Assembly: GCA_043745445.1 (NCBI GenBank)
Contig: JAYTSX010000244.1
Location: forward strand, 1-54,682
DNA from: Elusimicrobiota bacterium
GTDB lineage: Bacteria > Elusimicrobiota > Elusimicrobia > UBA1565 > UBA9628
Reading direction: 5' to 3'
DNA length: 54,682 nt
Shown here: piece after piece, positions 9,051-17,795 of the stretch
Layout: every line of letters starts with the position of its first letter
Numbering within the stretch: the stretch's first letter is position 1
Position numbers and translations under genes: made by a program
Notes under the pieces: generated by a model
Databases searched by the model: none
Told to the model about the DNA's origin: nothing
Seen by the model: the letters and a program-made list of their open reading frames with translations, nothing else

Positions 9051-10655
9051 CTACGCGCCGATCAGCCAGCGCGTGAGGCCGTCGTTCCAGGCCTTGCGGT
9101 CCGCCTCGTCCCAGGGCAAGGTCTCCGCTCCGTTGATGATCGCCGTGAGCTTCTCCGTGGGACCCGCGCGTTCGAACAGGCGGACGGCGCCGCCGGACTC
9201 AGAGATCATGCCGGCCAGGTAGCGCGAGAGAGCGGCCCCGGCGGCGGGACTTAGGCGCGCGAGGGTGAAGACGGGTTCGACGGAGGCCATGGGCTCGGCC
9301 TTTTTCTTCTCCCACCAATTCGCGGTCTCGGCCGCGGCCTCCTTGGGCGCCGCGAGGCGCTTGTCCGAGCGCAAGGTCCGCTCAAAGAGGCGGCGCCAGC
9401 CGTCGGGGCCCGCGCGCTCGACGACGGCGGCGGCCTCGCGTGTTTCCTCGTCGGAGAGCTTCTCTCCGCGGACGGCCTTGGCGAAGGCGTCCGCGCCGCG
9501 ACGCTCGGGTAAGGATTCGTCGCGGCCAAGGTAGGCGGACAGCAGCGCCGGATCGCCGAGCACGAGCTGATACGCGGGATCAGAGCGCGGCGTCGCGATC
9601 ATGCGGCGCGCGGACAACGAGGCGAGCAGGGAGGCGACGCCCTGCACGCCGCCGTCGGCGTACGCCTTGCGCCAGGCGATTATGCCCTCGGAGTAGTGGT
9701 TATCCTCGACATCAAGCCATCGGCGGCGTCCGTTCGTGATCCCGGCCAAGTCCATCGCGTCGCGGTGACCCAGGCCCAGGGAGGGAAGCAGATCGAGCAT
9801 TCGCTCGGCCAGGAGCTGCTCGCCGGTGACGGCGAAGCCCTCGGTCATCGCCGAGTAGGCCGAGGTCATTGGGTGATTTTCCTTACGGCGCGTCGCGTCG
9901 TCAAAGAGCACATGGAAGTACTCGTGCGCGTACTCCATCAGGTGCGATATCTTCTGCTGAATGAGCGGCTCGCCGGCGCCGCCGAAGGCGCTCGGCACAT
10001 TGCCGTCGGAATTCGCCCGGATCGGATTGATTTCAATCAGGTGCCCCTTCTCGGGCGTCCAGGTGTGGCCAGTCGACGGGTGATCGCTCCGGTCGTAGGC
10101 GGCGAGCGCGGGAACGCGGCGATAGAAGGAGGGCAACAGGCGCGCGATCAAGGAGCGCCCGGCGGTCGCGACGGCGGCCAGGCCAGGGGTCGTCGGCGCC
10201 GCGGCAAAGGTCGCGGACAGATCGCTCCAGGCGGAGACTTCGGGAGCGAGCTTGCCGTCGAACGCGGACTCGAGCGCGCTCGACTGCTGAGCGCCGGAGG
10301 CACCCTCGGCGCCGCGCGTGGGCGCGAGAGACTCGGCAAGCGCCTTGAGCTCCCCCTGAGAGGGCAGCTTGGCGGGCACGGCTTCATCAGGCGTCATCGC
10401 ACGGGCGGCCGTGATGATCGTGGGAGCGGGCGCGGCTAAGATGACGGGCGCGGCGGGGACGATGAGCGCGGGAGCATTGGGGACGATCAGCGTCGGTGCG
10501 GCGGGAGCGATGATGATCCCCGGGGCGCCATTCTGGCCGAAGGGCGCGCCGGGCATGACGATACGGGGGACTTCCCGCCCCGCGGCCTCAACCACGCCCG
10601 CCTGGGCGCGAAGGGTCAGGAGGGGCAGAAGTAAGAGAGAGAGTAATCGTCTCAT
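9051..10655 (-). CDS. Secreted protein with putative gluzincin metallopeptidase motif
   Basis: Signal peptide, Ala/Pro-rich repeat linker, and HEYFH followed about 24 residues later by MTEGFA. Confidence 0.6.
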   Translation of the reverse strand: MRRLLSLLLLPLLTLRAQAGVVEAAGREVPRIVMPGAPFGQNGAPGIIIAPAAPTLIVPNAPALIVPAAPVILAAPAPTIITAARAMTPDEAVPAKLPSQGELKALAESLAPTRGAEGASGAQQSSALESAFDGKLAPEVSAWSDLSATFAAAPTTPGLAAVATAGRSLIARLLPSFYRRVPALAAYDRSDHPSTGHTWTPEKGHLIEINPIRANSDGNVPSAFGGAGEPLIQQKISHLMEYAHEYFHVLFDDATRRKENHPMTSAYSAMTEGFAVTGEQLLAERMLDLLPSLGLGHRDAMDLAGITNGRRRWLDVEDNHYSEGIIAWRKAYADGGVQGVASLLASLSARRMIATPRSDPAYQLVLGDPALLSAYLGRDESLPERRGADAFAKAVRGEKLSDEETREAAAVVERAGPDGWRRLFERTLRSDKRLAAPKEAAAETANWWEKKKAEPMASVEPVFTLARLSPAAGAALSRYLAGMISESGGAVRLFERAGPTEKLTAIINGAETLPWDEADRKAWNDGLTRWLIGA

Positions 10656-10689
10656 GCTTTCAGTGTAGACGCAGGGGCGCCTGCCGTCC

Positions 10690-10705
10690 TGAGCCGAACG
10701 GCCTA
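10690..10705. promoter_or_regulatory. Palindromic operator-like site TGAGCC-GAAC-GGCCTA
   Basis: Lies 22 nt upstream of a minus-strand -10 TACACT (10662-10667). One copy of the recurrent TRGGYC-N4-GRCCYA motif. Confidence 0.5.
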
Positions 10706-10755
10706 CGCGCTGGGGGCCGATTGTCGGCGGACTCTCACGAGCCCTAAGGATGAAA

Positions 10756-12528
10756 TCACGCCGTGAGGCGTTTGACTTCTTCTTCCTTCAGCTGGATGGC
10801 GGCCTGAACGGTCTCCATCTCCTCGCCGACCTTGGTGACGCGGTCGAAGTCTTCGTAGAGCTTCGGGTCCGACATGTCGTGGGCGATGCGCTCAAGTTCG
10901 ACATGCAGGCGATCGAGTTCGGCCTGAGCCTTCGAAAGCGCCTTTTCCCGGCGGCGCGCTTCTTTGGAGGCCTCGTACTGGTTCTCGGCCTCGGTCTCGG
11001 CTTTCTGGGCGGCCGTCGGCTCCGGCTTATTTTTTTCGGCTTCCGCGTCGAGCTGGCCCTGGCGATGCTGGAAATACTCGAAGTTGCCGGGGAACAAGGT
11101 GACCTTGCCCTGCACGACATGCACGACGTGGTCGGCGACGGCGTTGAGGAAGTACACGTCGTGGCTGATGGCGCAGATCGTCCCGTCGAAATTCTTGAGC
11201 GCGCCGACCAGGGCCTCGACGCTGGTGAGGTCCAAGTGGGTCGTGGGCTCATCAAGAAGCAAGACGTTGGGCGGATCGAGAAGAAGCTTGGCCAGCTGCA
11301 GCCGGCTCTTCTCTCCTCCCGAGAGCACGTCCACCTTCTTGTGGACGGTGTCGCCCGGAAACAGGAAGGTCCCGAGCACGGTGCGCGTAAACAGGTCGCC
11401 GTTGGTGCGCGGAACGCTCATCGCTTCCTGGAGCACGGTGCGCCGCGGATCGAGCTGGCCTTCGCGATGCTGGGAAAAGTAGCCGACCTTCACATTGTGG
11501 CCGAGCACGCGCTCGCCGGAGTCGATCGGGATGATGTCGCCGATGACCTTCAATAAAGTTGATTTGCCGGCGCCGTTCGGACCGACAAAGGCCATTTTCC
11601 AGCCGCGCTCAAGCTCGAAGTCGAGGCCCTCGTAGACCTTCACCGGGCCGTAAGACTTAAAGACGTTCTTAAGCTTAAGGACCGTCGTGCCGGTGCGGCC
11701 GGGCTGGGGGAAAGAGATGCTGACGGCCTTCGTCGAGGGCGGCAAGACGATCTCCTCGATTTTCTCCAGCTTCTTCATGACGCTCTGCACGCGCGACGCA
11801 GTCGAGACCCGCGCGCGGTTGCGCATGATAAACTCTTTCATCGCGTCGATCTCGTCGGCCTGCTGCTTGTGCGCGGAGACGAGGCGGTCGCGCGCGGCCT
11901 CGCGCTCAGCGAGGAAGCCTTCGTAGTTCGTGTTGTACTTCTTAAGCTTCTTCTCCTCCACCGAGACGATGGCCGAGCAGACATTGTCGATGAAGGAACG
12001 GTCGTGCGAGATCATCAGGATCGCGCCCGGATAGCTTTGCAGATACTCCTGAAACCAGACCAAGGTGAGAAGGTCAAGGTGGTTTGTGGGCTCGTCGAGC
12101 AGCATGAGCTCAGGCTCTTCGACGAGCAAGCGCGCGAGCGCTGCGCGCATCGCCCAGCCGCCCGACAGCTCGGTCAGATGCCGGTCGAAGTCCTTCACCT
12201 GGAAGCCCAGGCCCATCAAGATCTTCTTGGCCTTCGCGGTCTCGCGTCCGTCAGGATCGTTCTTGTGCGCGAGCGCGGTCTCGAGCACGGTCTCGGGGCC
12301 GATCGGCGGATTTTCCTGGGGCAGGTAGCCGGCCTTGGCGCCGCGCTTCCACTCGATCGACCCGCCCTCAAGCTCTTCCTCGCCCAAGATCATTTTAAAC
12401 AGGGTGGTTTTTCCCGCCCCGTTGGGTCCGACCAGGGCATACCGATCCCCCGCGTTGAGCTGGAGCTCCGCGCCGTCGTACAGAATCTGGTCGCCGAAAG
12501 ATTTGATGAGGCCGCGGACAGAAATCAT
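10756..12528 (-). CDS. ABC-F family ATP-binding protein
   Basis: Two ABC domains (GPNGAGKT/LSGGW/LLDEPTNHLD and GPNGAGKS/LSGGE/LLDEPTTHLD), no TM segments, C-terminal coiled coil. Confidence 0.93.
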   Translation of the reverse strand: MISVRGLIKSFGDQILYDGAELQLNAGDRYALVGPNGAGKTTLFKMILGEEELEGGSIEWKRGAKAGYLPQENPPIGPETVLETALAHKNDPDGRETAKAKKILMGLGFQVKDFDRHLTELSGGWAMRAALARLLVEEPELMLLDEPTNHLDLLTLVWFQEYLQSYPGAILMISHDRSFIDNVCSAIVSVEEKKLKKYNTNYEGFLAEREAARDRLVSAHKQQADEIDAMKEFIMRNRARVSTASRVQSVMKKLEKIEEIVLPPSTKAVSISFPQPGRTGTTVLKLKNVFKSYGPVKVYEGLDFELERGWKMAFVGPNGAGKSTLLKVIGDIIPIDSGERVLGHNVKVGYFSQHREGQLDPRRTVLQEAMSVPRTNGDLFTRTVLGTFLFPGDTVHKKVDVLSGGEKSRLQLAKLLLDPPNVLLLDEPTTHLDLTSVEALVGALKNFDGTICAISHDVYFLNAVADHVVHVVQGKVTLFPGNFEYFQHRQGQLDAEAEKNKPEPTAAQKAETEAENQYEASKEARRREKALSKAQAELDRLHVELERIAHDMSDPKLYEDFDRVTKVGEEMETVQAAIQLKEEEVKRLTA

Positions 12529-12566
12529 GGAAGAGACATTTTACCTTCTATAGGGCTGCATCCGCG

Positions 12567-12582
12567 CGGGCCTTTCGACCCA
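12567..12582. promoter_or_regulatory. Palindromic operator-like site (minus strand TGGGTC-GAAA-GGCCCG)
   Basis: Lies 23 nt upstream of a minus-strand -10 TAAAAT (12538-12543) of the ABC-F gene. Confidence 0.5.
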
Positions 12583-12591
12583 GACGGATTC

Positions 12592-12819
12592 TTATTGAAG
12601 CGCCTGGCGCAGGCGGGCTTTCGTCTCGGCCGACAGCACCGCGCCCGTTTCGGGCGCGCGCGCCGCGCCGTGACGCATCAGCGCGAATTGAGCGAGGGCG
12701 CGGCGGCACACCTCGCAGATCGCAAGGTGGATGCGCACGTGCATGCCCAGCGGACGGCCGGAGTCGAGGGCTTCGGAGAGGCGTTTGGACACCTCAACGC
12801 AGGACGGAAGCAGGCTCAT
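12592..12819 (-). CDS. zf-HC2 (ZAS) anti-sigma factor
   Basis: MSLLPSCVEVSKRLS...HLAICEVC (HxxxCxxC). ATGA overlap with the sigma factor stop. Confidence 0.82.
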   Translation of the reverse strand: MSLLPSCVEVSKRLSEALDSGRPLGMHVRIHLAICEVCRRALAQFALMRHGAARAPETGAVLSAETKARLRQALQ

Positions 12820-13382
12820 GCCGCCTCCGGGGCGAAGTGATTTTTCTCGAGGCAGCGGCGCAGGCGCATGCGCGCGCGATACATCAGGACGGCGAGGTGG
12901 CCGGGCGCGACGCCAAGCGCGTCGGCCGCTTCCTTCGGGGAGACGCCTTCCATCTCGCGCAGGATGAAGGCGCGGGCTGCGTTTTCGCTTAACGCGCTCA
13001 GGCACTTGCGCAGCGCGGCGGAGAATTCAGAGGACTCGGCTTTGCGCACGGGCTCCCCTCCCCAATCACGCGGCGCGGCGGAGGCTGACCAGTGGCGCCC
13101 ATCGAAGAATTCGCTGTCGGGATCCATCTCCTCATCAGATGGAAGCAGCGGCGTTTCTTTTGCCTGGCGGCGGTAGAATTCAAAAATTTTATTGCGCAAG
13201 ATGCCCGTCATCCAGGTCAGCTCGGAGGACTCGCCCTTGTAACGGTCGCGGGATTTGAACGCGGCGATAAGTGTATCTTGGATCAGGTCCTCGGCGGAGC
13301 CCTCATCTTTCACGCGGGACAAAGCATATCGGAACAGGCGGTCGCCGTAGGCGTCGACCCAGGAGGAGGGTTCTGTCGTCAT
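12816..13382 (-). CDS. ECF sigma-70 factor
   Basis: AEDLIQDTL, SSELTWMTGILRNK (region 2) and FILREMEG...LMYRARMRLR (region 4). Confidence 0.92.
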   Translation of the reverse strand: MTTEPSSWVDAYGDRLFRYALSRVKDEGSAEDLIQDTLIAAFKSRDRYKGESSELTWMTGILRNKIFEFYRRQAKETPLLPSDEEMDPDSEFFDGRHWSASAAPRDWGGEPVRKAESSEFSAALRKCLSALSENAARAFILREMEGVSPKEAADALGVAPGHLAVLMYRARMRLRRCLEKNHFAPEAA

Positions 13383-13414
13383 CTGATATGAGTGCGCTTA
13401 AATTGCGGATTATG

Positions 13415-14878
13415 TCAGGGCTTCTTGAGGTCGTCGGAACGGTCCGCGGGCACGCCGTAGCGGGCCATGATCGCGGGCAGTATCTTCGCGGCCGCCTCGG
13501 CCTCAAGGACGATGCGCGTGCCTTTGTTATCGCCGTAGCCGGAGTAGTGCTCGCATTCGATCTCGTGCCGGCCGTTGATGGGCGCATTGAAGGCTGCCAC
13601 CAGGTCCGTGAGCTTGCCGATGAGGCGTCCGTTCACGCGCGTGACGGGCGCCATGGACCAGCTGTGGTAGCCGCGGTTGAAGTCATGGGCGAGGACATGG
13701 GAGAGCACGACGACCTCGGTCCGCTCGGGCGTGGGCATGCCGTCGGCGGAGAGGGAACGGACGCGGAACCCCGCGCCGCGCGCGCCGATGAGTTCGTCGG
13801 TCAGCGGCATGAACACGAGGCCGCCGACGATGAAGTAGGAAGGCTTAGCGTCGTAGCGCGGTCCCGGGACGAGATCGGCCGACGGCTTCATCGAAATCTT
13901 GACGACCCGCTCCTTGCCTTCGCGCACGACTGTGGCGTCCAGCGTCTCGCCGGCTTGGCGGCGGCTGATGAGGTCGGAGAAGTCGATGCGCTCGTCGTCG
14001 CGAAATTTGATGGTCCCGTCCTGTCCGATCTTGACGCCGTCGATCTTGGTCAGCGCGTCGCCTTCCTTCAGCGCGCCCCAGGCTGAGGCGCCGAACGCAA
14101 CCTTCGTGACGAGGACGCCGGCGTTGTCCATGGGCAAACCCAAGGTCTTGCGCAGGCTGTCGTTTTCCGTGCTCTGCCACCATATCCCGAGGTCGGGGAT
14201 GCCGTCGTATCGCCCGTCTTTGATGTCTTTCAGAAAACGCTCGATGATGGGCATCGGGACGACGTAGCCGATGTTCTGCGCGCCGGCGCTATGCTGGAAG
14301 GCGATGCCGATGAGCTTGCCGTCTTGGAACACAGGGCCGCCGGAGTTGCCCGGGTTGATCGCGGCGTCGGTCTGCACCGCGAGCAAGGCGCGCGAGGAGT
14401 GGGAGTACACCGTCACGCCCACGCGAGAGACGATGCCCTCGGTGACCGACAGGTCGGTGCCGCCGATCGGGTAGCCGTACACCGCGACCTTGTCGCGCTG
14501 GTAGGGAAGGCCGCCGAATTTGGCCGCCACCGTGCCCTCGAAAAAGGACTCGTCATCGACGGTGATCACCGCGGTTTCGCCGTCGTGTCCGACGAAGGCG
14601 ACGCGCGCCGGGTATTTTCTGATGTCGCCCGACTTTCGCACTGAGAGGTATGCCGCATTGGCGACCACATGTCCGTTGGTCAGGATGCGGTGACCGTCGA
14701 TCACGACACCGGAGCCGGTTCCGCCGCCTTGGCGGCCCGGCTGCCAGGGCTGGGCGTAATCGGGGGCGCTGGCCGTGAAATGGATCTGCACGGTCGCGCG
14801 GCGCATGTCGCGGTCGTTGGACGCGGCGGAGGCGGAGAGGGCGAGTATCAAAGGGAGCAGCCAGATAAGTCTTGTCAT
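13415..14878 (-). CDS. DegP/HtrA-like trypsin serine protease with PDZ domains
   Basis: Signal peptide from MTRLIWLL; GSGVVI, LTNGHVV and AAINPGNSGGP. Confidence 0.9.
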   Translation of the reverse strand: MTRLIWLLPLILALSASAASNDRDMRRATVQIHFTASAPDYAQPWQPGRQGGGTGSGVVIDGHRILTNGHVVANAAYLSVRKSGDIRKYPARVAFVGHDGETAVITVDDESFFEGTVAAKFGGLPYQRDKVAVYGYPIGGTDLSVTEGIVSRVGVTVYSHSSRALLAVQTDAAINPGNSGGPVFQDGKLIGIAFQHSAGAQNIGYVVPMPIIERFLKDIKDGRYDGIPDLGIWWQSTENDSLRKTLGLPMDNAGVLVTKVAFGASAWGALKEGDALTKIDGVKIGQDGTIKFRDDERIDFSDLISRRQAGETLDATVVREGKERVVKISMKPSADLVPGPRYDAKPSYFIVGGLVFMPLTDELIGARGAGFRVRSLSADGMPTPERTEVVVLSHVLAHDFNRGYHSWSMAPVTRVNGRLIGKLTDLVAAFNAPINGRHEIECEHYSGYGDNKGTRIVLEAEAAAKILPAIMARYGVPADRSDDLKKP

Positions 14879-14939
14879 CCTTGGATCGTAACAATTTTGG
14901 TCTTGCGGCTCCCCATCCGACCTGTTATATCCAGGTGAC

Positions 14940-15329
14940 ATGGCCACCGTCTCCAGCGCGATTTTCACCGCCGTCAATTTCGTCTACGCCGCGATCTTCG
15001 GTGGGCCGATCGACGGGTCGGCCTGGGACGTCAAGGTCAAGCAAGACGGCTTCTTCCATTGGGGATCGAAGCGCGAAACCCTTGTTTTCCATAACGGGAA
15101 GCTCGTCGTGGCCGGGGCGGTAAGCCAAGGCTACTCCCCCACCCTTTACCAGGCACGCGACGAGGAAAATGGCACGATCTTCGCCGCCGTCCTCAACGAT
15201 CCAAGCCGCGAAGCCATCGAGTGGACGGGCCGAGTGGACGGCGATCGCATCGCGGGCGTCGTGATCGTGCGCGCAAGGGACGGCCGTGTGGTACGCTATG
15301 CGTTCTCCGGCGAAAGAAAAGCCGGCTAG
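14940..15329 (+). CDS. Hypothetical protein
   Basis: Clean 129-aa ORF filling the gap between the protease and rluE, with typical codon style. Confidence 0.6.
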   Translation: MATVSSAIFTAVNFVYAAIFGGPIDGSAWDVKVKQDGFFHWGSKRETLVFHNGKLVVAGAVSQGYSPTLYQARDEENGTIFAAVLNDPSREAIEWTGRVDGDRIAGVVIVRARDGRVVRYAFSGERKAG

Positions 15330-15339
15330 ACGCTAACCC

Positions 15340-15915
15340 ATGGCCAAAACGCGCATCGTCGCCCTCAACAAGCCCTTCGGGGTTCTGACCCAGTTCACCG
15401 ACAAGGACGGCAAACCGACCTTATCGAAGTTCGGCCTGCCGACCGGAGTCTATCCGGCGGGCCGCCTTGACTTCGACAGCGAGGGACTGCTGATCCTCAC
15501 TGATGACGGGGGTCTCGTCCACCGGCTGACCGATCCCAAGCACGCGCATCCTCGCGTGTATTGGGCGCAGGTCGAGCGCGTGCCCGACGAGAGCGCGCTC
15601 AAATCGCTGCGCAAGGGCGTCATACTCAGCGACGGCAAAACCTTGACCTGCGGCGCCCGCCTTCTTCCCGAGGAGCCCGATCTTCCTCCGCGTAACCCGC
15701 CGATCCGATTTCGCCTGAATGTCCCCACTTCGTGGATCGAACTGACCATGATCGAAGGCCGCAATCGCCAGGTCCGGCGCATGACGGCGGCAATCGGTCA
15801 TCCCTGCCTGCGCCTCGTCCGCGCGGCCGTCGGGGGCGTAACCTTACGCGATCTTGAGCCGGGCAAATGGCGCTGGGTGGATAAGCGCGAGCTCGCCGTC
15901 GCTTCGAAGCGTTAA
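15340..15915 (+). CDS. rluE: rRNA pseudouridine synthase (RluE-like)
   Basis: NKPFGVLTQF, YPAGRLDFDSEGLLILT and EGRNRQVRRMTAA. Confidence 0.88.
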   Translation: MAKTRIVALNKPFGVLTQFTDKDGKPTLSKFGLPTGVYPAGRLDFDSEGLLILTDDGGLVHRLTDPKHAHPRVYWAQVERVPDESALKSLRKGVILSDGKTLTCGARLLPEEPDLPPRNPPIRFRLNVPTSWIELTMIEGRNRQVRRMTAAIGHPCLRLVRAAVGGVTLRDLEPGKWRWVDKRELAVASKR

Positions 15916-15921
15916 CCGCGC

Positions 15922-17148
15922 CTAGCGTCGAGGAATGGAGCGCCGGCGCATGCGGAAGGACGACATTAGGGAAGGCCGGTAGGTTTTCATGCGCGGCGGC
16001 ACGCGATAAGGGAAGCCGGGAAGGGCTTTGCGCTCGATCTCTTGACCGATGAAGGCCTCGATGATCGGCACGAGCTTCTCTTCCTCTAGAGCGACTAAGG
16101 TAGCAGCGTCGCCCTCGGTCATCGCGCGGCCGGTCCGGCCGATACGGTGAACATAGTCCTCGGCATGCTCAGGCACGTCGTAGTTGATCACGTGCGACAC
16201 CTCAGGAACGTCGAGGCCCCGGGCGGCCAAATCGGTGGCGACGAGGACGGTGTGGCGGCCCTCTCTAAAATCGGCCATGCCGCGGTCGCGTTCGCTTTGC
16301 GAAAGGTCCGAGTGAAGCACCACGCACCGAATGGCCTTGCGCTGGAGCCAGCCGGCGACGCGGTCGGCGCGCACCTTCGTGCGCGTGAAGATGATAACGG
16401 AATCGACGCCGTCCACTTTGAGCATCGCCTCAAGCAAGGTCGCCTTCTGGTCCTCGGTGACCGGGAAAAGCCACTGCTTGATCGTCGTCGCGGTCGCGTG
16501 CGGCTTGTCCACCGAAACGCGGACGGGCGAGCGCATGAACTCGTTGACGACGCGTTCGACTTCGATCGGAATCGTGGCCGAGAACATCAAGGTCTGGCGA
16601 TCGGACGGGAGCATCTTCATGATGCGGCGCACATCGGGCATGAAGCCCATGTCGAGCATGCGGTCGGCCTCATCGAGAACGGCGACGCGCACGTTCTGCA
16701 GATTGAAGGTGCCGGAGCGTATGTGATCGAGCAGACGGCCGGGGGTCGCGACGACCACCTCGGCGCCGCGCTTGAGCTCCTGGGTCTGGGCGTGGAAGCT
16801 GGCGCCGCCGATGACGACGACGCATTTGACGGGAGAAAACTTGGCGAGCTCGCTGATCATGCGCTCGACCTGGGTCGCGAGCTCCCGGGTCGGGGTCAGC
16901 ACGAGGGCGCGCACGCGCAGGCCGGCTTTCGCGCCGCCCTCGGCCTCGCGGTCGGCGAGCAAGCGTTGCAGCAGGGGAAGGGTGAAGGCGACGGTCTTGC
17001 CGCTGCCGGTTTGCGCGGAGCCGATCACATCCTTGCCGAGCAGCGCTTCCGGCAAGGCCTGAGCCTGGACCGGCGTCGGCGCGGCGTAGCCGAGGGCCTG
17101 TATGCCTTGGAGAAGTTCGGGGCGAAGGTTAAAAGAGTTGAAGGGCAT
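15922..17148 (-). CDS. DEAD-box RNA helicase (RhlE-like)
   Basis: AQTGSGKT, PTRELA, DEAD, SAT, ARGLD and HRIGRTGR. Confidence 0.95.
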   Translation of the reverse strand: MPFNSFNLRPELLQGIQALGYAAPTPVQAQALPEALLGKDVIGSAQTGSGKTVAFTLPLLQRLLADREAEGGAKAGLRVRALVLTPTRELATQVERMISELAKFSPVKCVVVIGGASFHAQTQELKRGAEVVVATPGRLLDHIRSGTFNLQNVRVAVLDEADRMLDMGFMPDVRRIMKMLPSDRQTLMFSATIPIEVERVVNEFMRSPVRVSVDKPHATATTIKQWLFPVTEDQKATLLEAMLKVDGVDSVIIFTRTKVRADRVAGWLQRKAIRCVVLHSDLSQSERDRGMADFREGRHTVLVATDLAARGLDVPEVSHVINYDVPEHAEDYVHRIGRTGRAMTEGDAATLVALEEEKLVPIIEAFIGQEIERKALPGFPYRVPPRMKTYRPSLMSSFRMRRRSIPRR

Positions 17149-17309
17149 TTAAGACGGTTATTGTAGCAAACCCGACGCGTGCGGGAATGCTGATCCCCCA
17201 CCTACGCCGCGGCCGCTCGTTTTCGCCCGCCGAGCGTCTCCCCGCGAATTTTTCGTCTCGGCCGGGCATAGCCCGTCCGGATGGTCCGCCGTTGGTCTTG
17301 CTCACTTGA

Positions 17310-17744
17310 TACCGGACGAGGCCCATTTTCGAGGAGAAGTCGTTCTTCCCCCTGGGATCGGACCGTCCGGAGACCTCGCGCTTCCGCGTCATCAGCGCGA
17401 CGCTCGAGAACCTGCCGGGGCTCATCAAGGCCGGGCGCATGCGCTTCGACTTCTTCCAGCGCGTGCACGGCCTGAGCGTCGAGCTCAAGCCGCTCCCCGC
17501 GCGCAAGTGCGACCTGATGCCGCTGATCGCGTCCTTCAGCCGCACCGGCAAGCGCCTCGCCTTCAGCGCGGACGCCAAGAAGCTCGTGCTGGCCCACGAC
17601 TGGCTCGGCAACGCGCGCGAGCAGCCCGGCCTGACCGACGAGGCGCTGAGAGCCATGATCTCCCGCATCTATGGAATCGAATTGTCCCGGCGGTCGGTCA
17701 CGCAATATCGCGCAGACCTTGGGCTGACCGCGCGCGGCAGATAG
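17310..17744 (+). pseudogene. Truncated sigma54-dependent activator (bEBP AAA+ C-terminal half) joined in frame to an RpoN-box-like HTH
   Basis: After a stop at 17307-17309 the frame reads EEKSFFPLGS...FRVISAT...GRMRFDFFQRV...HDWLGNARE (bEBP motifs). It continues TDEALRAMISRIYGIELSRRSVTQYRADL (cf. RpoN box ARRTVAKYR). No Walker A, GAFTGA or upstream start. Confidence 0.7.
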
Positions 17745-17759
17745 CCGCTCCGGAAACCC

Positions 17760-17788
17760 TGGGCCGCGCGGCCCCCAGAAGGTATACT
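17760..17788 (+). promoter_or_regulatory. -10 box TATACT (17783-17788) 7 nt before ATG 17796, with palindrome TGGGCC-GCGC-GGCCCC (17760-17775) over the spacer
   Basis: Read directly from sequence; leaderless-type spacing. Confidence 0.45.
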
Positions 17789-17795
17789 GACGGCC

